The translations under genes and the position numbers were made by a program. From Pseudomonadota bacterium (GTDB lineage: Archaea > Thermoplasmatota > SW-10-69-26 > JACQPN01 > JAJPHT01), in the NCBI GenBank assembly GCA_021325135.1, contig JAJPHT010000027.1, positions 1 to 64,000 on the forward strand: a DNA stretch of 64,000 bases, written 5' to 3'. This document shows positions 46,286-55,492 of the stretch, piece by piece (within the stretch, counting starts at the first letter, position 1; every line of letters begins with the position of its first letter). The notes below the pieces were generated by a model. The model did no database searches. It was not told the DNA's origin and saw only the letters and a program-made list of their open reading frames with translations.

Positions 46286-46570
46286 TTGGACGCGGGCCTC
46301 CTGCCGATCCTGGGCACCCTCGCCTTCAGCGGCGCGAGCCTTCCCTACGTCGCCCGCATCATCCGCCAGAAACGAAGCGACCAGCACAACCCCTGGACCT
46401 ACGTCTCCGTCATCGCGGGTTTGCTTTCTCAACCTCGCCTGGGCCTCCTCGTGGACGGCGGCCTCGGCTATTTCTTGGGCGACCGCAGTGGGATTGCCTT
46501 CTATGTGTTGGGCCTTGGCGTGGTCTGGTACTATGGTGCGGAATGGCAGTGCCGAGATCAGATACCTTGA
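46286..46570 (+). CDS. Small membrane protein, weakly PQ-loop-like
   Basis: LPYVARIIRQKRS; 3' half looks decayed. Confidence 0.4.
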   Translation: MDAGLLPILGTLAFSGASLPYVARIIRQKRSDQHNPWTYVSVIAGLLSQPRLGLLVDGGLGYFLGDRSGIAFYVLGLGVVWYYGAEWQCRDQIP

Positions 46571-46867
46571 AAAACAGGACAAAAACCCCGAGTTTTGTTT
46601 TCACAGATCGTCGGCTTTTCCTCGGTAAAGAATCCCGCAAAGGAATGGGATGAACGGGCCCCCGCCTTGGGCCTTCGTCGTATTTGAATAGACGGGCCGT
46701 ACAATTCCTGGACCGGTGTTCTTGTCTCGGCGGCCCGCCGAAGAGTCACATTTCGTGATAGCCACGGTCCGTGCTACAGTTCGCGCAACTGGCCCATCGA
46801 GAAAAAAAAGTGCGTGACGAAGGTGGCAGCTTGCTGCCTGGATGGTCAACGGTGGCGCCGAGCGGTA

Positions 46868-47059
46868 TCAGCATTTGCTCGGATCCTCACGACAAAGCAC
46901 CGCGGTCGATTCTACGCAGAGCTTCCCTGTCACCGTTCCGATGCAGAACCCTGGCGTGCAAGTCCAGTTCTGTGGACAGGCCGCGGCAGCGTCTGGCGTC
47001 ACGAGGACAACCATACACGTCATGAGCGCCCCGATCATCACCAAAGTCACAAATCTCAC
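46868..47059 (-). CDS. Secreted 6-Cys mini-peptide
   Basis: Signal ending AAA; mature CPQNWTC...SKC of about 36 aa. Confidence 0.6.
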   Translation of the reverse strand: MRFVTLVMIGALMTCMVVLVTPDAAAACPQNWTCTPGFCIGTVTGKLCVESTAVLCREDPSKC

Positions 47060-47120
47060 AGGCTCACATGTCCTCGGGCGAGTTTCGCCCGTGGCGTCTA
47101 TGCTAACTGGTAGTTTGAAT

Positions 47121-47140
47121 TTTTCCCCGAGGTCGTTCCT
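47121..47140 (-). promoter_or_regulatory. Degenerate copy 4 of the shared motif
   Basis: AGGAACGACCTCGGGGAAAA, 14/20 to copy 2, upstream of the 6-Cys peptide. Confidence 0.4.
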
Positions 47141-47513
47141 GGGAAGAATTCGTCAGGAAGCACTTCGTACATGGTCCCACCTCGCCTGGCTTGCGAGAAA
47201 TCCTGTGGAATCTGCTCTAGTTCGGTTCTTCAAAACTTAAAGGCTGAACAGAACTTGCTCAATTCTTCGCAAGACATCCAGTAAAGGATAGAAGAAAGTT
47301 TCCCGTTATAGCCGCACCCGGTCCACGATCTCCTCACCTGGCATCGTGAATGCCATGTGAGAATGAAATCGAGTGGGGCGTGGACGGTCCACTGAGACTT
47401 TCGCTGCCCTCTCTGTTATTCATAAGGAGCGGGCCAGCATTCCACTGCTGAGGAGAATCCTCTTCGGGCGCTCTGTCGTCCCGACTTTGTCGGCACAGAG
47501 CATGTGAATGCCG

Positions 47514-47912
47514 GACGAACCTTCGTCGCGTTGAGGCCATCCGCAGGCCACAAGGACGGTGCATGTTCGCAGCCGCCGGCAAGAAGTTCTGCATCATTCT
47601 GACTCTCAAAAGTCCGTCGAACTTCAACTTCCTGCAGAAGGAGCACGGCCTTCTCCACGACCGCAAGGAGAAGAAGTCCTACGCCATCGTGCGCGGGGCT
47701 CGCCCTATGAACTGTCCCCACCGCCTCGCCAGCATCTACCACGTCCACGAGGGCAGCGCGGAGACCATCGACCTCCACGGCGAGCAGGTCACGATCCACG
47801 GCGCTACCGTCCGCATGCTTGGCCCCCCTGCGGATGGTCGCCAAGATCAGCCTGCCCCGTGAGTTGGGCGGGGACGGCGTACAGCGTCAGGTAAACCCCT
47901 ACCGCCGAGGCT
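47514..47912 (+). pseudogene. Frameshifted, truncated paralog of 45656-46279 including its leader
   Basis: Aligns to ~45607-46002; shares KEHGLLHDRKEKKSYAIVR; +1 shift near 47822-47829. Confidence 0.85.
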
Positions 47913-47913
47913 C

Positions 47914-48021
47914 GTACCGGCACATTCAGTGCTCCACACCTAGGTTATAAGCTCCAGGCCAGCGTTTCCAACTTGAGGAGAAGCCACTCCTACCATTCTG
48001 TCCTCTCTGGTGTGCTGGTAC
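47914..48021. repeat. Right arm-type sites
   Basis: GTACCGGCAC (47914-23) and GTGCTGGTAC (48012-21). Confidence 0.6.
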
Positions 48022-48030
48022 AGACCAAGT

Positions 48031-48044
48031 GATTCCCGGAGAAA
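48031..48044 (+). repeat. attR core
   Basis: GATTCCCGGAGAAA. Confidence 0.65.
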
Positions 48045-48131
48045 AGCCAAGCCTGGGACGCCCCTCCCACGCGCATGCTTGGAAGCCTGTTGGACACCCT
48101 TATGGGCAGGACGCCCCTTGGGCCGAATGCC

Positions 48132-48857
48132 ATGCGCCTGCCCCTGGGGTGCCCGCCCCTCGACGAGCTGCTCCACGGGGGCGTGGAGTCGGGGGCGCTG
48201 ACCGAGCTGTTCGGCGAGGCCGGCGCCGGCAAGACCAACGTCTGCCTGCAGCTGGCGCGCAACGCCGCGCTGGCGGGGCGCAAGACCGTCTACATCGACA
48301 CCGAGGGCGTCTCGCTGGAGCGCCTCGCGCAGATCAGCGGCGACCACGTGGACCGCGTGCGGCAGAACGTCCTCTTCTTCGAGCCCTACAGCCTGCGCGA
48401 GCAGGAGGCCATCGTGGAGCGCGTCGCGCGCCTCGCGGCCGGCACGCCCGAGATCGGCCTCGTCTGCTTCGACAGCGCCACGCTCCACTACCGCATCGCG
48501 CTGGGCACGGGGGACGACGTGGGCGGCCGCCGCGCGCTGGCCGCGCAGCTTCACGTCCTCGCCGGCGTCGCCCGCAAGCGCGACATCCCCGTCGTCATCA
48601 CCAACCAGGTGACGACCAACCTGGACACCGACGAGCTTGAGCCCCTGGGCGGCCAGATCGTGCGCCACCTCAGCAAGGCCGTCCTCCGGCTGGACAAGGT
48701 CGCCCCCGGCCGCCGTCGCGCGACCATCATGAAGCACCGCAGCGTGCAGGAGGGGCTCAGCGCCGAGTTCCGCCTCACCAACGCGGGCGTTGTAGGCGAG
48801 GGCGACGCGCCGGCCCTCGTGGCCTCCGGCGCGCCGATCCGCACGACGGACGCCTGA
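48132..48857 (+). CDS. radB: DNA repair and recombination protein RadB
   Basis: LDELLHGG, GEAGAGKT, YIDTEG, ITNQV, C-terminal KHR; no RadA N-terminal domain. Confidence 0.93.
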   Translation: MRLPLGCPPLDELLHGGVESGALTELFGEAGAGKTNVCLQLARNAALAGRKTVYIDTEGVSLERLAQISGDHVDRVRQNVLFFEPYSLREQEAIVERVARLAAGTPEIGLVCFDSATLHYRIALGTGDDVGGRRALAAQLHVLAGVARKRDIPVVITNQVTTNLDTDELEPLGGQIVRHLSKAVLRLDKVAPGRRRATIMKHRSVQEGLSAEFRLTNAGVVGEGDAPALVASGAPIRTTDA

Positions 48858-48862
48858 GGCGC

Positions 48863-49441
48863 TCAGGGCGCGGCCCGCTCCACGACGGCGAGCCACGCCT
48901 GGGCCGGCCCCATGAGCGACTCGAACTGCGCGGGCTCCACGCGCAGCACGCGCCAGCCGTGGGCGAACGCGTCGCGGATCTCCTTCTCGCGGACGCGCCT
49001 CGGGCCCCAGCCGGGCGGCTCCCGGTCGCTGAAGACCAGCATGTGATATCGCCCTCCGGGCTCGACGACGGAGGCGAGACTCTCCACGTAGCGGGCGCGG
49101 TCCTCGTCGTCGAAGACGTGGAAGAGGCCGACGTCCAGGACGGACTCGAACTGGCGCCCCAGCGCGCCAAGGTCCAGCGCGTCCGCCACGAGGAGGTCCA
49201 CCTTGGCGCCGCGCGCCCGGGCCTTGGCCTTCGCCTTCTCGATGGCGCGGGGCGCGGCGTCGACGCCCGTGACCGCGAGCCCCCGCTGCGCGAGGAGGAT
49301 CGCGTGCTCGCCCGTGCCGCACCCCGCGTCGAGCACGCGGCCGCGGAAGGCGCCTTCGTCGGCGAGGCGCACGACGGCGGGCTGCGGGCGGCCGATGTCC
49401 CACGGGGGCGTCCCTTCGTAGCGTTCGTTGAACGAGGCCAT
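48863..49441 (-). CDS. Class I SAM-dependent methyltransferase
   Basis: PPWDIGRPQP, VLDAGCGTG, DVGLFH. Confidence 0.88.
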   Translation of the reverse strand: MASFNERYEGTPPWDIGRPQPAVVRLADEGAFRGRVLDAGCGTGEHAILLAQRGLAVTGVDAAPRAIEKAKAKARARGAKVDLLVADALDLGALGRQFESVLDVGLFHVFDDEDRARYVESLASVVEPGGRYHMLVFSDREPPGWGPRRVREKEIRDAFAHGWRVLRVEPAQFESLMGPAQAWLAVVERAAP

Positions 49442-49502
49442 GGCCCCTCATCGTCCCGGGGAAGCAAGAGTTCATGCTCGCGCCGCGCGAGGCGGGCCCC
49501 CG

Positions 49503-50027
49503 ATGCTGGACGCCTACGCCGACGCCCTCCTGCGCGAGCGCCGCGAGAAGGACCGCGCGTTCAAGACCGACCCCCATTCGCCCATCCCGCGGGCGGAGCG
49601 CGCGTCGTTCCAGGGGCTTCGCTACTACGATCCCGATCCGTCGTACCGCGTCGTCGCGCGCTGGGAGCCCGCCGCGGCGCCCAAGCCCGTCCGCGTGCAG
49701 ACCAGCACGGGCGAGGTGCGTGAGTACCTGGACGCGGGCGTGCTGCGCGCGACGCTCCCCGTGGGCGAGGTCGCGCTGCACGGCTACGAGGGCGTGGGCG
49801 ACGGCCTCTTCGTGCCCTTCCGCGACGCGACCTCGGGGAAGGAGACCTACGGCGCGGGGCGCTACCTCGACCTGGAGCGGCCCCACGGCGGCGCGCTGGA
49901 GGTCGACTTCAACCGCGCCTACAGCCCGTACTGCGCGTACAGCGAGGACTACTCGTGCCCCTTTCCGCCGCCGGACAACTGGCTGAAGCTCCCCATCCGC
50001 GCGGGCGAGCGGAGCTATCACGAGTGA
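49503..50027 (+). CDS. DUF1684 protein
   Basis: PFRDATSGKETYGAGRYL, DFNRAYSPYCAY..CP.PP..N. Confidence 0.9.
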   Translation: MLDAYADALLRERREKDRAFKTDPHSPIPRAERASFQGLRYYDPDPSYRVVARWEPAAAPKPVRVQTSTGEVREYLDAGVLRATLPVGEVALHGYEGVGDGLFVPFRDATSGKETYGAGRYLDLERPHGGALEVDFNRAYSPYCAYSEDYSCPFPPPDNWLKLPIRAGERSYHE

Positions 50028-50033
50028 GCAGGC

Positions 50034-50594
50034 TCAGCAGGTGACGCCGCAGTGGATGCTGTTCACGGCCCACGTCATGGCGCCGATGGCGATGGTGCCC
50101 ATGAGGACGCTGGTCATGCTCGCCATGCCCAGCTCCTTGCCCAGCTTCGCCATCTCCGCCTGCACCTCGGGGGCGGGCGGCGTCGGCGGGGCGCCGGGCT
50201 CGGGCGTGGGGAGCGCCTGCATCATGGCGAGGAGCTTCTTCGCCGTGGGCGTGATGATCCACACGCCCTCGATGAGCATGCCCACGGCCATGACGACGCC
50301 GAGGCCCAGCGCGGTGCCGTACCCCTTGATGCGGAACGCGGAGCCGATGTTGGAGAAGCCGCCCAGGAGGCCCAGCACCCAGAAGCCGGTGACGATGGTC
50401 ATGGCGCCCGCGACGTAGAAGTAGCGCGTCACGCCGCCCAGCACGGCCTCCAGGAACGGCCTCCGGAGGGGCGGCGGGCCCCGGGCGAGCACGCGGGGCG
50501 CGATGACCATGGCCCAGAAGAACGCGCCGCCCACCCAGGCGACGCCGCTGAGGACGTGGAGGAACCGGATGACCCAGATGTACCAGGCGGCCAT
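50034..50594 (-). CDS. Four-TM membrane protein
   Basis: FLHVLSGVAWVGG...ITG. Confidence 0.7.
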   Translation of the reverse strand: MAAWYIWVIRFLHVLSGVAWVGGAFFWAMVIAPRVLARGPPPLRRPFLEAVLGGVTRYFYVAGAMTIVTGFWVLGLLGGFSNIGSAFRIKGYGTALGLGVVMAVGMLIEGVWIITPTAKKLLAMMQALPTPEPGAPPTPPAPEVQAEMAKLGKELGMASMTSVLMGTIAIGAMTWAVNSIHCGVTC

Positions 50595-50620
50595 GTCCGC
50601 CGGAGCCCGGCTGGGGTGCT

Positions 50621-51475
50621 TCAAGCCCTCGGTCCGTCTTGGGTCTCCTTCCCCACAAGCTCGCCCACGTCAAGCTCCGCGGTGCCCCAAAGCTCCTCGA
50701 AGCGCGCGGAAAGCTCGCCCGCGAACTTGGGGTCCCAGATGTAGACCGTCGCGAAGTACGCGCGGGGGTTCACCGGGTTCTTCACGCCCACGATGGCCTT
50801 CTCGCCGTCCACCACCGCGAAGGGCACGACCTCGCCCTCGATGACGCGCACGTGGAGGCGCTTGCCCAGATGCGGGATCATGGTGCGCGCGATGACCTCG
50901 TTGAGCGGCGAGTCGAGGATGGTGGGGATGTCGGCCTCGCGCAGGAGGATGCGCGTGCGCACGCCGCGCTCCACCGCCGCGACCAGCGCGTCGAAGAGGT
51001 CCTTGTCCTGCGCCTGGTAGGTGGGGACCTCCAGGTTCACGTCCATGCTCTGCGCGGCCTCGGCGAGCTTCTCCACCAGGAAGCTGCGGCTCTGCTCCTC
51101 GCCTACGCTCGCGCTGTAGAAGCTGGAGGGGTCCTTCTTGACCTTGGGCGAGAGGCGCTTCTCCAGGTCGCTGGCGAGGCGCGTCAGGTCCGCGTAGCGG
51201 TCGTCGAGCTCCCGCTTGCGCTGCGCGAGGAGGAGGCTCATGGCGACGCGGGGCTGCACGGCGCGGTACTGCTTCGGGCGCCCCTCGTGGAGCGTGAGGA
51301 GGCCGCGGTCCACCAGGGAGTTGAGCACGTCGTACACGCGCCCGAAGGGGATGCCCGCCTTGTGCGCGACCAGCGACGCGTCCGCGCTGCCCAGCCGCAG
51401 GAGGACCGAGTAGGCGCCCGCCTCGTAGCTCGACAGGCCGAAGCCCTTCAGCTCCTCCGCCGCGTCGACGTCCAC
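50621..51475 (-). CDS. TrmB-family transcriptional regulator
   Basis: FGLSSYEA.AY..LL, GIP..RVYDVL..L, GRPKQY. Confidence 0.9.
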   Translation of the reverse strand: MDVDAAEELKGFGLSSYEAGAYSVLLRLGSADASLVAHKAGIPFGRVYDVLNSLVDRGLLTLHEGRPKQYRAVQPRVAMSLLLAQRKRELDDRYADLTRLASDLEKRLSPKVKKDPSSFYSASVGEEQSRSFLVEKLAEAAQSMDVNLEVPTYQAQDKDLFDALVAAVERGVRTRILLREADIPTILDSPLNEVIARTMIPHLGKRLHVRVIEGEVVPFAVVDGEKAIVGVKNPVNPRAYFATVYIWDPKFAGELSARFEELWGTAELDVGELVGKETQDGPRA

Positions 51476-51624
51476 GCCTCCGGATCGGGGCGGCCGAGGG
51501 TAAGGCTTCCGTCCTTACAACCCGGGCCGGGTTGGAAGCGCCTGGGGGGAGAAGGGTTTCCAACTCCGGCCACGTTGATGGGCGAGGCGCAGCTTTATGC
51601 CGGCTCCCGGGCTCCCCGCACACC

Positions 51625-52596
51625 ATGAGCCGGCTCCGGGCAGCCGCGGCCTTGGACGTCGAGGGCGCGCTGAAGCAGGTCGAGGCCGCCATCGCGCAGG
51701 CGGTCGACTGCCAGGAGCCCCTTCTGCGCCAGATGGTGGCGGAGCTCGTCCGTGCTGGCGGCAAGCGCATGCGCCCCCGCATCGCGCTGCTGGCGTTCGA
51801 CGCGTGCGGCGGTGGCGAGGCCGACCTGGACAAGGTGGTGGACGCCGCGGCGGCCTTCGAGCTGATCCACACCGCGAGCCTCGTCCACGACGACATCATC
51901 GACCAGAGCCCGCTGCGCCGCGGCCGCCCCACGGTCCACGTGAGCTACGGCACGCCCCACGCCATCGTGGCGGGCGACTTCCTCTTCACCCAGGGCTTCG
52001 CCCTCTCCGGCCGCCTGCCCAAGGAGGTCATCCGCGTGACCGCCGAGGCGTGCGTGCGTCTCGCGGAGGGCGAGGTCATGGAGCAGCGCCTCCTGGCGGA
52101 GGAGGTGGACGAGGAGTCCTACCTCACCATCATCGCCAAGAAGACCGCGGAGCCCATCCGCGCGTGCGCCATGACCGGCGCGCTGCTGGCGGGCGCGCCC
52201 AAGGAGGTCGTCGAGGCGCTGGGCCACTACGGCCTGGAGATCGGCATCGCCTTCCAGATCGCGGACGACGTGCTGGACATCGCGGGCAACCCGGCCGAGA
52301 CCGGCAAGGCCGTGGGCCAGGACGCCAAGACCGGCGTGCTCACGCTCCCCGTGGGGCTGAACGAGGCCGGGACGGACCCCGGCTGGGACGCGAAGACGTT
52401 CCGCTCCATGGCGCGGCAGACCGACCCCGAGGAGCTTCGTCGCCTCCTCCAGGAGACCGGCGCCATCGACAAGGCGCGCGGCGTCGCCCAGAAGTACAGC
52501 GACCGGGCCAAGGCGCGCCTCGCCGTGCTGCCCCCCGGCCCCTCCAAGGACGCCCTCGTCGCGCTGGCCGATTCGGTCGTGAAGCGGCGCTCCTGA
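51625..52596 (+). CDS. Polyprenyl diphosphate synthase
   Basis: GGKRMRP, HDDIID..LRRG, KKTA, FQIADDVLD. Confidence 0.92.
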   Translation: MSRLRAAAALDVEGALKQVEAAIAQAVDCQEPLLRQMVAELVRAGGKRMRPRIALLAFDACGGGEADLDKVVDAAAAFELIHTASLVHDDIIDQSPLRRGRPTVHVSYGTPHAIVAGDFLFTQGFALSGRLPKEVIRVTAEACVRLAEGEVMEQRLLAEEVDEESYLTIIAKKTAEPIRACAMTGALLAGAPKEVVEALGHYGLEIGIAFQIADDVLDIAGNPAETGKAVGQDAKTGVLTLPVGLNEAGTDPGWDAKTFRSMARQTDPEELRRLLQETGAIDKARGVAQKYSDRAKARLAVLPPGPSKDALVALADSVVKRRS

Positions 52597-52764
52597 GGCG
52601 CGGCCGTCGCATCCAGCGGGGCAAAGAAGATCGCTCCCCCAGCCTCCACCCCCCTCGTGACGGCCCTTCCACGCCCCCACGCCATGCCCCCTGGACCCTC
52701 ATTCAGCCCCAAGTTTCCAAAAAGTGGGGCAAACATTAAGGATGCGGGGCAACGATCCCTCCTC

Positions 52765-52965
52765 ATGCCAGCCGAAGCCGTCGAGCACCTGGACGCCCGA
52801 GGCCGCGTCACCGTGAAGGCCGCGTTCCGCGACCGCCTCAAGGACGGCTACGTCCAGATCCTCACCCCGGACGGCGTGCTCTTCCGCCGCGTCTCCACGA
52901 CGCCGCTAAGGACGAAGGCGCCCGCCCTGGACGACGTGGACGGCGAGGCGATGGCGGACCTCTGA
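52765..52965 (+). CDS. AbrB-like antitoxin
   Basis: LDARGRVTV...R; TGATG coupling to the PIN gene. Confidence 0.7.
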   Translation: MPAEAVEHLDARGRVTVKAAFRDRLKDGYVQILTPDGVLFRRVSTTPLRTKAPALDDVDGEAMADL

Positions 52966-53384
52966 TGCCCGACGCGGCCCCCCACGGGGGCGGGCTGCCG
53001 GTCCCTTCTGTGGACGGGCCCGACCTCGCCGACCTCAACCTCGTCCTTGCGCACCTCAAGCAGGCCGACGCCCTGAAGGCGCGCGCCGAGAAGCACCTCC
53101 GCGCCGCGGGCGCGCCCCTCGTGACCTTCGCCGTGGGCATCGAGCTTCTCCTCTGGTGCCGCAAGCACTCCCTGAGCCCCCTGGACTTCGTGGAGCGGTG
53201 CGTCACCACCTTCGAGGTGGAGGGGAGCGACGTGCTGCTGGCCGCGGCCTACGCCATGGAGCGCGACGGCATCGCGAGCCCTTTCGACGCCGTGCATCTC
53301 GCCGAGGCGATGCACCGCAGGGCGCGGCTCGTCACGGCGGACGACCGGCTGCTGCGCTCGAAGTACCCGACCCTGGCCTACTGA
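52965..53384 (+). CDS. vapC: PIN-domain toxin
   Basis: ADLN...IE...PFDAVHLA...VTAD. Confidence 0.75.
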   Translation: MPDAAPHGGGLPVPSVDGPDLADLNLVLAHLKQADALKARAEKHLRAAGAPLVTFAVGIELLLWCRKHSLSPLDFVERCVTTFEVEGSDVLLAAAYAMERDGIASPFDAVHLAEAMHRRARLVTADDRLLRSKYPTLAY

Positions 53385-54478
53385 GGGAAGAGCGCGGCGC
53401 GCACGCGCTCCAGCCCGGCGAGGTCGTGGACGCTCCCCTGCATCGCGGGCACGACGCGCACGGGGACGGGCATCTCCTCGCGCAGCTTGTCGGCGTAGCG
53501 CGCCTGGTCGCGGGCGAGGCCGTCGTAGAAGCGCGCGGCCTTGATGGCGTCGTCCAGGAAGCGCTCCGCCGCGTCGGGGTCCACGCGCGCGGCGGCCCCG
53601 ATGCGCTTCACCGACCCGGCGCGGAAGGCGGGGTTGTCCAGCATCTCGGTGACCTCCATGCCGGGCAGGCGCGGGTGATAGCGATTCACGATGGCGGAGT
53701 CCACGCGAAGGCCGAGCGTCTGCGTGATGTCCCGGTAGAGGCGCGTGGCGCGGGGGACCGACTCCTCCTCGGCGGTGGCGACGACGTGCAGCGACGTGCG
53801 GGCGGGGTCGTTGAGCACCTCGTCCATGGCGCGCACGCGCGTCTCCATGTCGCGGAACATCTGGTCGAAGGTGACCATGAACTCGGCCATCTCCTCGACG
53901 TACTCGTTGCTGGTCCAGCGCGTGAGGAGCTGCATCATGGCGCCGCCCCCGAGGCGCAGGAAGCGCGTCGGCTTGAAGAGGTACTTCACGACGCCGCTCT
54001 CGAAGACGCGGATGAGCCGGCGGTTCACGCGAAGGAACTCCACCGCGTGCGCGCTGGGCGGCGTGTCCACGACGACGAGGTCGTACTGCCCGTCGGCGAT
54101 GAGGTCGTGCAGGGCGCCCATGGCGACGAACTCCTCGCTGCCGGCGAACGCGTCGGAAAGCTGCTCGTAGAAGCGGCTGTTGAGGATGCGGTGGAGAGTG
54201 CGGGCGTCGTGCGCGTAGCGCTTCACCAGCGCGTCCAGCGCGGCCTTGGTGTCCAGCATCAGGGCGTCCAGGTTGGGCCGCACGTTGACGATCTCGCTGC
54301 CCAGCTTCACGCCCAGGCTGTCCGCGAGGCGGCGCGCGGGGTCGACGGTGAGCACCAGCGTCTTGCGCGTGCGCGAGGCGTGGAGCGCGCTGGCGGCCGC
54401 GATGGTGGTCTTGCCCACGCCGCCCGTGCCCAGGAAGACGACGAGCTTCTTGGTGGCGAGGGCCTGCTCCAGGTTCAT
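53378..54478 (-). CDS. ArsA/Get3-family ATPase
   Basis: GTGGVGKTT, TVDPARRLADSLG, VVDTPP. Confidence 0.88.
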   Translation of the reverse strand: MNLEQALATKKLVVFLGTGGVGKTTIAAASALHASRTRKTLVLTVDPARRLADSLGVKLGSEIVNVRPNLDALMLDTKAALDALVKRYAHDARTLHRILNSRFYEQLSDAFAGSEEFVAMGALHDLIADGQYDLVVVDTPPSAHAVEFLRVNRRLIRVFESGVVKYLFKPTRFLRLGGGAMMQLLTRWTSNEYVEEMAEFMVTFDQMFRDMETRVRAMDEVLNDPARTSLHVVATAEEESVPRATRLYRDITQTLGLRVDSAIVNRYHPRLPGMEVTEMLDNPAFRAGSVKRIGAAARVDPDAAERFLDDAIKAARFYDGLARDQARYADKLREEMPVPVRVVPAMQGSVHDLAGLERVRAALFPQ

Positions 54479-54521
54479 CCGGGGGGCCTCCTCGTCTCTG
54501 CGTCACCACTGGACACGACGG

Positions 54522-55451
54522 TCAAGCGAACGCCTCCGGGGGCTGCTGCATCGCCTCCGCGACCCGAAGCAGGCGCCGCGAGGACTCGGCGATGTAGGGC
54601 ACGACCGAGAGCTTGACGCCCTCCAGCCCGCGAAGCTCTCCGAGGTAGCCTTGCGCCTCGGCGCGCTGCGCGGCCACGAGGTTGAGCGCCGCGAGCCACG
54701 GGCCCACCTGGATGGGGGCGCGCCCCTCGGCGGAGCGCTCGAAGGCCTCGCGCGCCTTGGCATCGCGGGTGAGCTTGTCCAGGACCGCGCGGCTCTGGCC
54801 GTCCACGAAGACGCGGGGCAGCCACTTGTTCACCGCGACGTTGTCCAGCGGGAAGCCCTGCCGGCGCAGGCTCGCGGCCAATTCCATCGTCTCGCGCACG
54901 GGCATCTCCTCAGGGAGCGTCACGATGACGACGTCCGTCACGGTGGGGTCGTGCAGCATGTCGCGAAGCTCCTCGGCGCGGGCGCGCAGCGGGCCCGCCA
55001 GGATGCGCGCGGACTTCTCGGGGGCCTCCAGGAAGTGGATGCCGTGGCCGGTGGCGGGGGGATCGAGCACGATGCGGTCGTACCCTTCGCCGCGCTTCTT
55101 GGCGAGGGTGTGGAGGATCGCCAGTTCGCGCACGCCGGGCACGATGTCGATCATCCCCTCGTAGCCCGGGTGCTTGACGACGTAGTCCGCCAGGGCGCCC
55201 AGGCGCGTGACGCGGCGCACGAGGTCGTCCACGAGCGCCCGCGCGTCGAGGTTGAGAAGCTCCAGCCGGCCGCGCGTGTCGATGCCCGCGGCCTCGTGCG
55301 TGATGCGCGACGCGGGGTTGTCCTCGTCGATGACGCTCACGAGGAGCACGCGCTCGCCGGCCGCGGCGCGGTCCACGGCGAACGCGCTGGCGAGCGTCGT
55401 CCTCCCGACGCCGCCCTTGCCCAGGAAGATCGACAGGCGCGCGCCGGGCAT
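54522..55451 (-). CDS. ArsA/Get3-family ATPase (partner subunit)
   Basis: GKGGVGRTT, PG.REL, LDPPATGH, LPEEMPV.E. Confidence 0.88.
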   Translation of the reverse strand: MPGARLSIFLGKGGVGRTTLASAFAVDRAAAGERVLLVSVIDEDNPASRITHEAAGIDTRGRLELLNLDARALVDDLVRRVTRLGALADYVVKHPGYEGMIDIVPGVRELAILHTLAKKRGEGYDRIVLDPPATGHGIHFLEAPEKSARILAGPLRARAEELRDMLHDPTVTDVVIVTLPEEMPVRETMELAASLRRQGFPLDNVAVNKWLPRVFVDGQSRAVLDKLTRDAKAREAFERSAEGRAPIQVGPWLAALNLVAAQRAEAQGYLGELRGLEGVKLSVVPYIAESSRRLLRVAEAMQQPPEAFA

Positions 55452-55492
55452 CGGAGGCGCCTACTGGCGTCCGGGGCAAGAAGGTGTTGGTG

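Larger units (their letters stand above)
17722..48041. mobile_element. Integrated ~30.3 kb provirus-like element between rnz and radB
   Basis: Terminal direct repeat; integrase at the left end; prim-pol, ArdC, HUH Rep, ATPase and structural-like genes; composition shifts; housekeeping genes resume on both sides. Confidence 0.85.

Noticed and set aside
47514-47912. Diversity-generating retroelement template repeat
   Set aside because: Differences are not adenine-specific, include indels, and no reverse transcriptase is in the window
47968-47978. CAACTTGAG as a second phiX-like nick site
   Set aside because: Short match with no flanking hairpin; chance is plausible
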